Positions 34,896 to 39,848 of a DNA stretch of 39,848 nt are shown here, piece after piece (within the stretch, counting starts at the first letter, position 1; the number at the start of each line of letters is the position of its first letter). This DNA is from Treponema sp. (lineage in GTDB: Bacteria; Spirochaetota; Spirochaetia; Treponematales; Breznakiellaceae): the NCBI GenBank assembly GCA_031268245.1, contig JAIRXN010000104.1, positions 1-39,848 of the forward strand, read 5' to 3'. The notes below the pieces were generated by a model. It saw only the letters and a program-made list of their open reading frames with translations. It was not told the origin of the DNA and made no database searches. A program made the translations under genes and the position numbers.

Positions 34896-37800
34896 ATGGC
34901 CAGGAAACAGGATGTGTACTTCTTCGGTGAGGGAAAAGCCGAAGGGGATGCGAAGATGAAAGATATTTTGGGTGGAAAGGGCGCCAATCTGGCAGAAATG
35001 ACCAATCTGGGAATTCCCGTTCCTCCGGGTTTTACGATTTCCACGGAAATGTGCGCTGCGTACTATGAAAATAAACAGAAATTCCCGAAAACCCTCCGGC
35101 AAGAAGTTGAAAACTACCTCAAAAAACTGGAAAAGGTGATGGGAAAGAAACTGGGAGATCCCGAAGATCCCCTGCTGGTATCGGTTCGTTCAGGCGCTCC
35201 GGTTTCCATGCCCGGAATGATGGATACGATCCTCAATCTGGGAATGAATGACAGGGCGGTTCAGGGTCTGGCCCGGAAAACGGAAAATGTGCGTTTTGCC
35301 TGGGACGCCTACCGCCGTTTTATCCAAATGTACGGCGACGTGGTAATGGGAGTCCCCCATAAGGATTTTGAAGAAGCTATTTCGGAGATGAAGAAATCCA
35401 AAAATGTCAAGCTTGATACCGGCCTGGACGCCGGGGATTTGGCGGCGCTCGTTGATGAGTACAAGAAAATTGTCAAGAAAACGGCAAATAAGGATTTCCC
35501 CCAGAAGCCCCTGGAACAACTCTGGGGCGCCATTGAAGCGGTATTCAGTTCCTGGATGAACGAAAGGGCGATCCGCTACCGGCAGATCAACGAAATTCGC
35601 AATGTCCGGGGAACAGCGGTAAACGTACAGTCCATGGTCTTCGGCAACTTCGGCGACGATTCGGGAACCGGGGTCTGTTTCAGCCGGGATCCTTCCACGG
35701 GGAAGAACGAATTTTACGGTGAATACCTTATGAATGCCCAAGGTGAGGATGTAGTAGCCGGTATCCGTACTCCGGAGAAAATTTCCACCCTGGAAAAGAC
35801 CAACAAGAAAGTTTACGATCAGCTTATCGCCATCAGGAATAGGCTCGAAAAACATTTCCAGGACATGCAGGATATGGAATTTACCATCCAGCAGGGGAAG
35901 CTTTATATTCTCCAGACCAGGAATGGCAAACGTACCGGGACTGCGGCGGTAAAGTGCGCGGTAGACATGGTGGCGGAAAAACTCATCGACAGGAATACCG
36001 CCGTGCTGCGGGTAAGCCCGGCTTTGCTGGATCAGCTTCTCCACCCCATGATAGATGCCGATGCTCTTAAAACCGCAGAATCCATGACCAGGGGACTCAA
36101 TGCTTCTCCGGGAGCCGCCTGCGGACAGATCGTGTTCGACGCCTGGGAGGCGGAAAAGTGGCACGCCCTGGGCAAGAAAGTACTTCTGGTGCGCAAGGAT
36201 ACCAGCCCCGAAGACATCGGCGGCATGGTTGCTTCCCAGGGCATTCTCACCTCCACCGGCGGCATGACCAGCCATGCGGCGGTAGTGGCCCGCGGTATGG
36301 GTACCCCCTGCGTGGCCGGCGCGAAAGAAGTACTGGTACAGGGCAAGACCATGGTGATTGGAAATAGGACCTTTCAGGAAGGGGACTGGATCACCATTGA
36401 CGGTTCCACCGGAGATGTGTACGAAGGCAAACTGCCCCTCGTTACGCCTGATATTTCCCAAGACATGAGTACCTTCCTCTCCTGGTGCGATGAGATCTGC
36501 TCTTCCGCACGGAGAAAAACCGCGAACGGCAAAATCCTCAGAGGCTTTGAAGTCCGTACAAACGCAGATCAGCCGGAAGACGCGCACAGGGCCTTTGCCT
36601 TCGGCGCTCAGGGAGTAGGGCTCTGCCGTACCGAGCACATGTTCTTTGACAAGGCAAAGCTGATTCATTTCCGTGCCATGATTGTGGCCGATACTCTGGA
36701 AGAGCGGAAGGCCGCCCTTAAAGAGATCCTTCCCCTGCAGCAGAAAGACTTCTTTGGAATATTCAAGGCAATGGAAGGCCGTCCGGTTACGATCCGGCTT
36801 CTCGATCCGCCGCTCCATGAATTTGTTCCAAAGACAGAGGAAGAAACCAGGGAACTGGCCGACTTCCTCAAGGTCGATACCGCATCTCTTCAGCCCAAAA
36901 TTGACAGGCTCCATGAACAGAACCCGATGCTTGGACACCGGGGCTGCCGTCTGGCTGTTACATATCCTGAGATCTATGACATGCAGGTTGAAGCCATCGC
37001 GCTGGCTGCCGTGGAATGCATCAAGCAGAAGATTCCCGTGCAGCCTGAGATTATGATCCCCATCGTCGTAACGGCGCGGGAATTAAAGCTGCTCCGTCCC
37101 AACGCAGAAACAGTGCTGAAAAAAGTCTTTAGTGAAGCGGGAATGAGTGTTCCTGTCAAAATCGGCACCATGATCGAAGTGCCCAGAGCCGCAATCCGTT
37201 CGGCCCATGTGGCAAGGTATGCGGACTTTTTCAGTTTTGGCACCAACGATCTTACCCAGATGACCTTTGCCTTCAGCAGAGATGATGTCGCATCTTTCCT
37301 GCCGAGTTACCTCAAGCAGAATGTGCTTGATGTCGATCCCTTCAAATCCATAGATGAAGAAGGGGTAGGTTATCTTATTGGCTATGCGGTAGAGCAGGGC
37401 CGTTCCGTCAACCCGGATCTGAAATGCGGAATCTGCGGGGAGCATGGCGGAGATCCCCTTACCATCGACTTCTGTTACCGGGCCGGCCTAACCTATGTGT
37501 CTTGTTCGCCCTTCCGGGTGCCTCTTGCCCGCCTTGCGGCAGCCCAGGCAGTAATCAACAACAGTATCTCCGCCAAGGCAAGAAGTGCAGACAAAAAAGC
37601 GCCCGCCAAGGCAGCGGAGAAGCCGGCGGCCAGGAAAAATGCAAAGCCGGAGACGAAAAAAGCTGCCGTAAAGAAGGCTCCGGCCGGCAGGAAAGCCGCC
37701 GTTGCTAAAAAGGCAGTGCAGAAAACGGCGGTTAAAAAGACAGCCGTAAAGAAAGCCGCCGACAAAACTCCTGCCAAACGCGGACGCAAGAGCGGGGCGG

Positions 37801-37919
37801 CGGGAAGCGTAAAAGCCGCGGTCAAAAAAACCGTTAAACCGGCTTCCAAAAGTAAAAAAACCGTGACAAAGGCAGGTTCCGGAACAGGGAAACGGGGCAG
37901 GCCGCCCAAGTCAAAGTAA
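34896..37919 (+). CDS. ppdK: Pyruvate, phosphate dikinase with a 118-aa Lys/Ala-rich histone-H1/AT-hook-like C-terminal extension
   Basis: GGKGANLAEM, phospho-His loop GGMTSHAAVVARGMG, CGEHGGDP. The canonical enzyme ends near ...LAAAQAVINN (about aa 889). The tail SISAKARSADKK...KRGRKSG...GKRGRPPKSK is encoded at 37563-37916. Confidence 0.9.
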   Translation: MARKQDVYFFGEGKAEGDAKMKDILGGKGANLAEMTNLGIPVPPGFTISTEMCAAYYENKQKFPKTLRQEVENYLKKLEKVMGKKLGDPEDPLLVSVRSGAPVSMPGMMDTILNLGMNDRAVQGLARKTENVRFAWDAYRRFIQMYGDVVMGVPHKDFEEAISEMKKSKNVKLDTGLDAGDLAALVDEYKKIVKKTANKDFPQKPLEQLWGAIEAVFSSWMNERAIRYRQINEIRNVRGTAVNVQSMVFGNFGDDSGTGVCFSRDPSTGKNEFYGEYLMNAQGEDVVAGIRTPEKISTLEKTNKKVYDQLIAIRNRLEKHFQDMQDMEFTIQQGKLYILQTRNGKRTGTAAVKCAVDMVAEKLIDRNTAVLRVSPALLDQLLHPMIDADALKTAESMTRGLNASPGAACGQIVFDAWEAEKWHALGKKVLLVRKDTSPEDIGGMVASQGILTSTGGMTSHAAVVARGMGTPCVAGAKEVLVQGKTMVIGNRTFQEGDWITIDGSTGDVYEGKLPLVTPDISQDMSTFLSWCDEICSSARRKTANGKILRGFEVRTNADQPEDAHRAFAFGAQGVGLCRTEHMFFDKAKLIHFRAMIVADTLEERKAALKEILPLQQKDFFGIFKAMEGRPVTIRLLDPPLHEFVPKTEEETRELADFLKVDTASLQPKIDRLHEQNPMLGHRGCRLAVTYPEIYDMQVEAIALAAVECIKQKIPVQPEIMIPIVVTARELKLLRPNAETVLKKVFSEAGMSVPVKIGTMIEVPRAAIRSAHVARYADFFSFGTNDLTQMTFAFSRDDVASFLPSYLKQNVLDVDPFKSIDEEGVGYLIGYAVEQGRSVNPDLKCGICGEHGGDPLTIDFCYRAGLTYVSCSPFRVPLARLAAAQAVINNSISAKARSADKKAPAKAAEKPAARKNAKPETKKAAVKKAPAGRKAAVAKKAVQKTAVKKTAVKKAADKTPAKRGRKSGAAGSVKAAVKKTVKPASKSKKTVTKAGSGTGKRGRPPKSK

Positions 37920-38076
37920 ACAGTAGACTTGTTTAAGCCAACCGGGTTGTTAAAAAAGTCCGGTAAAAGTTACCTGACAGGAATTGGGAATTCGTTCATA
38001 CGGGTTCCCATTTTTTCAGGAACCGGGGGGGTATTTTGTGCATAGTCTCATTGAAACTGTATATTCTCAATCCGGC

Positions 38077-39630
38077 ATGCATGACAAACAATGGAAAAAA
38101 TTCATCCGCTTGTGGACAATTATACTGGCCCTTGTTCTTGGTATAACCGCGTTTTTCAGTAAAGGCTATAACCACCTCGATGAGCATTTCCAGACAATCG
38201 AGCTTGCATATTATAAAACAGGCGCCATTGATTCTTCCCGGCTTTCATGGGAATTTCCGGCAAGGATGCGCCCCTGGCTGCAGCCCGCAATTTATTTTGT
38301 GATCCTGAAAATTACAAATACGGCGGGAATACATGATCCTTTTATGCTTGCCGCGATCCTCCGGTATTTTTCTGCATTTCTTGCCTGGCTCATGACAAGT
38401 TCAATGATGTTCTGTGCGTATCATTTTTTTGATGAAGCTTCCCGGCGGAAATGTGCTGTGTATAGCATGGTACTGTTGTCATTCCTGCCCTATATGTTTG
38501 TAAGGACTTCATCCGAGTCCTTCTCGTCATCTTTCAGCATGATCGGGTTTGCCATTTTGATATTGGGAAGTACGCCTGTTTCCATCGGCAAATTCGGGGA
38601 AAGGAAATATTCAAACAGGCTTTTGTTTATTACCGGAGTTTTCTGGGGCTTTGCCTTTGAATTCCGGTATCAAGTTGCATTTCTTCTGGCCGGTTTTATT
38701 TTCTGGATTTTTTTCATATCGATACGCGATAAAAAACAGGCCCTGATACAAGTCCTGATTATTTTCGGCGGTATTTTTGCCGTTGTTATCCCTGCTACTT
38801 TTCTGGATTGGTGGGGATACGGAAGTTTTACCATAGTTCCCGTTAATTATTTGTATCAGAATATTATTTTGAATAAATCAAGTATCTACGGAACCATGCC
38901 TTTTTACGGATACATACAGCTCATGCTTGGAAACAGGCGTTACGCGGTAATGATGTTTATCATACTGATTGGGAGTATCGCGGGGATTGTACGCTATCCA
39001 AAACATCCGTTTTCGTGGGGCGTGCTTCTCTTTTTTGTTGTACATTCAATGATTGGTCATAAAGAGCTTCGATTCTTTATGAATATCCTTATTCCTTCAC
39101 TTTTTTTGATGATTTACGGTTTTTCGCCCAAAACGGAGAAAGATACGGTTTTCAAAAAAATATGGAAATTCCGTTATTCAATACCGGCAATCGCCCTGTA
39201 TCTGTTAAATATTTTTATCCTTTTATCTTATGCGACCGGATTCCAATCGGCAGCGGACATACAGTTTGAAGACTATATCTATCATAATACCGTGTCTCCG
39301 TTCAGGGCCTACGCTATAAAAACCAGATCATTTCCCGAGCCGCTTGATTATTGGTTTTACAGGCCGCCCGGACTGGAGATAGACGCCAGGGAGAACTTTG
39401 ACGACATTGTACGGGCCGGTAAGGGCAAAAAAGAATTCTTTGTAATTGTTTGCCCTCCGGAAACGGACATGGATTCCCTGTATGTACCATCCGGCTATAC
39501 CATGACAAAGGAATACGCCTATAAAGGACGCGATATTTATTCTTTGCTGAAAGAGCTGCTCAAAAGAAACAATGAGGAAATATGGGCGCTGTATAAATTT
39601 ACAGCTTTTCATGAAGAGGAGAAAATATGA
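38077..39630 (+). CDS. Polytopic GT22-family (PIG-B/ALG9/ALG12-like) glycosyl/mannosyltransferase
   Basis: The signature loop GYNHLDEHFQTIELAYY follows TM1, and there are more than 10 TM segments. Start chosen at ATG 38077 (MHDKQWKKF) within track ORF 37984..39630. Confidence 0.6.
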   Translation: MHDKQWKKFIRLWTIILALVLGITAFFSKGYNHLDEHFQTIELAYYKTGAIDSSRLSWEFPARMRPWLQPAIYFVILKITNTAGIHDPFMLAAILRYFSAFLAWLMTSSMMFCAYHFFDEASRRKCAVYSMVLLSFLPYMFVRTSSESFSSSFSMIGFAILILGSTPVSIGKFGERKYSNRLLFITGVFWGFAFEFRYQVAFLLAGFIFWIFFISIRDKKQALIQVLIIFGGIFAVVIPATFLDWWGYGSFTIVPVNYLYQNIILNKSSIYGTMPFYGYIQLMLGNRRYAVMMFIILIGSIAGIVRYPKHPFSWGVLLFFVVHSMIGHKELRFFMNILIPSLFLMIYGFSPKTEKDTVFKKIWKFRYSIPAIALYLLNIFILLSYATGFQSAADIQFEDYIYHNTVSPFRAYAIKTRSFPEPLDYWFYRPPGLEIDARENFDDIVRAGKGKKEFFVIVCPPETDMDSLYVPSGYTMTKEYAYKGRDIYSLLKELLKRNNEEIWALYKFTAFHEEEKI

Positions 39631-39664
39631 CGGGCAGCCAAGTCTATCAGCCGGACTGACTCCT

Positions 39665-39716
39665 AGGGCAACGCTGATTAACTTGACGCTAATCAGCGTT
39701 GCCCTATTATTTTTCT
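39665..39716 (+). terminator. Strong intrinsic terminator after the GT22 gene
   Basis: Perfect 16-bp stem: AGGGCAACGCTGATTA 39665-39680 with TAATCAGCGTTGCCCT 39690-39705. The loop is 9 nt, followed by ATTATTTTTCTCGTTTT. Confidence 0.8.
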
Positions 39717-39756
39717 CGTTTTCCTGCGGAAAACTGCGAAAAATCTATAATTTTGT

Positions 39757-39792
39757 AGCACTGATTTATTCTCGATTGAATAAATCAGTGCT
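39757..39792. repeat. Second long perfect hairpin (15-bp stem, 6-nt loop) without a clear T-tract
   Basis: AGCACTGATTTATTC 39757-39771 pairs with GAATAAATCAGTGCT 39778-39792. Confidence 0.7.
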
Positions 39793-39848
39793 TCCCTAGA
39801 ATTGTTGCAGGTCTATTGTTTTTTATGGATTCCCTGTAGTATAGTGAT

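Noticed and set aside
35190-37909. 582-aa and 138-aa minus-strand ORFs inside ppdK
   Set aside because: These are shadow ORFs. The plus frame carries unmistakable PPDK motifs, and the 138-aa ORF is the Ala/Phe-rich antisense of the Lys/Ala tail.
39572-39799. 75-aa ORF spanning the GT22 stop and both terminal hairpins
   Set aside because: It overlaps the end of a supported gene and consists of the translated terminator palindromes. It has no RBS.

Overview
Mostly a core chromosomal segment of about 52-55% G+C by eye. Gene content looks spirochaete-like (Treponema/Spirochaeta type), but that is my inference and is not verified.

Gene order, left to right:
- ABC-F ATPase fragment, DinB-family protein, pyrD/pyrK (class 1B dihydroorotate dehydrogenase)
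- AT-rich two-gene insertion: cupin plus MATE efflux protein
- rnz
- GldA/GldF/GldG-like ABC-2 transporter operon with a DUF4340 gene
- Membrane protein with a degenerate GGDEF domain, and an orphan Memo-like gene
- Four tightly coupled minus-strand genes: a 677-aa hyper-acidic protein, a 276-aa unknown, and two DUF115/Maf-type putative flagellin glycosyltransferases
- FtsB-like protein, secreted hypothetical, smpB, PEGA+FGE-domain protein
- Two signal peptidase I paralogues, then hemW
- Sugar-uptake locus: membrane AraC-type regulator, two permeases, a large binding protein and a cytoplasmic NHL/PAL-like propeller
- HrpA-like DEAH helicase, ppdK with a 118-aa histone-H1/AT-hook-like tail, and a GT22 (PIG-B/ALG9-like) membrane glycosyltransferase

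I saw no rRNA, tRNA, CRISPR array, transposase, integrase, reverse transcriptase or recognisable defence genes.

The most unusual part is 2744-5236. Two abruptly AT-rich cargo genes are separated and bounded by GC-rich, highly self-complementary blocks. One block (3390-3566) has the box architecture of an integron attC site. A 16/18 inverted repeat also links the start of the cupin segment to the start of that element, as expected for an integron-type gene cassette. This is a hypothesis: only one element is well formed and no integrase is in the window.

Start codons were chosen by eye and may be off. All homology statements rest on motif recognition, not on searches.
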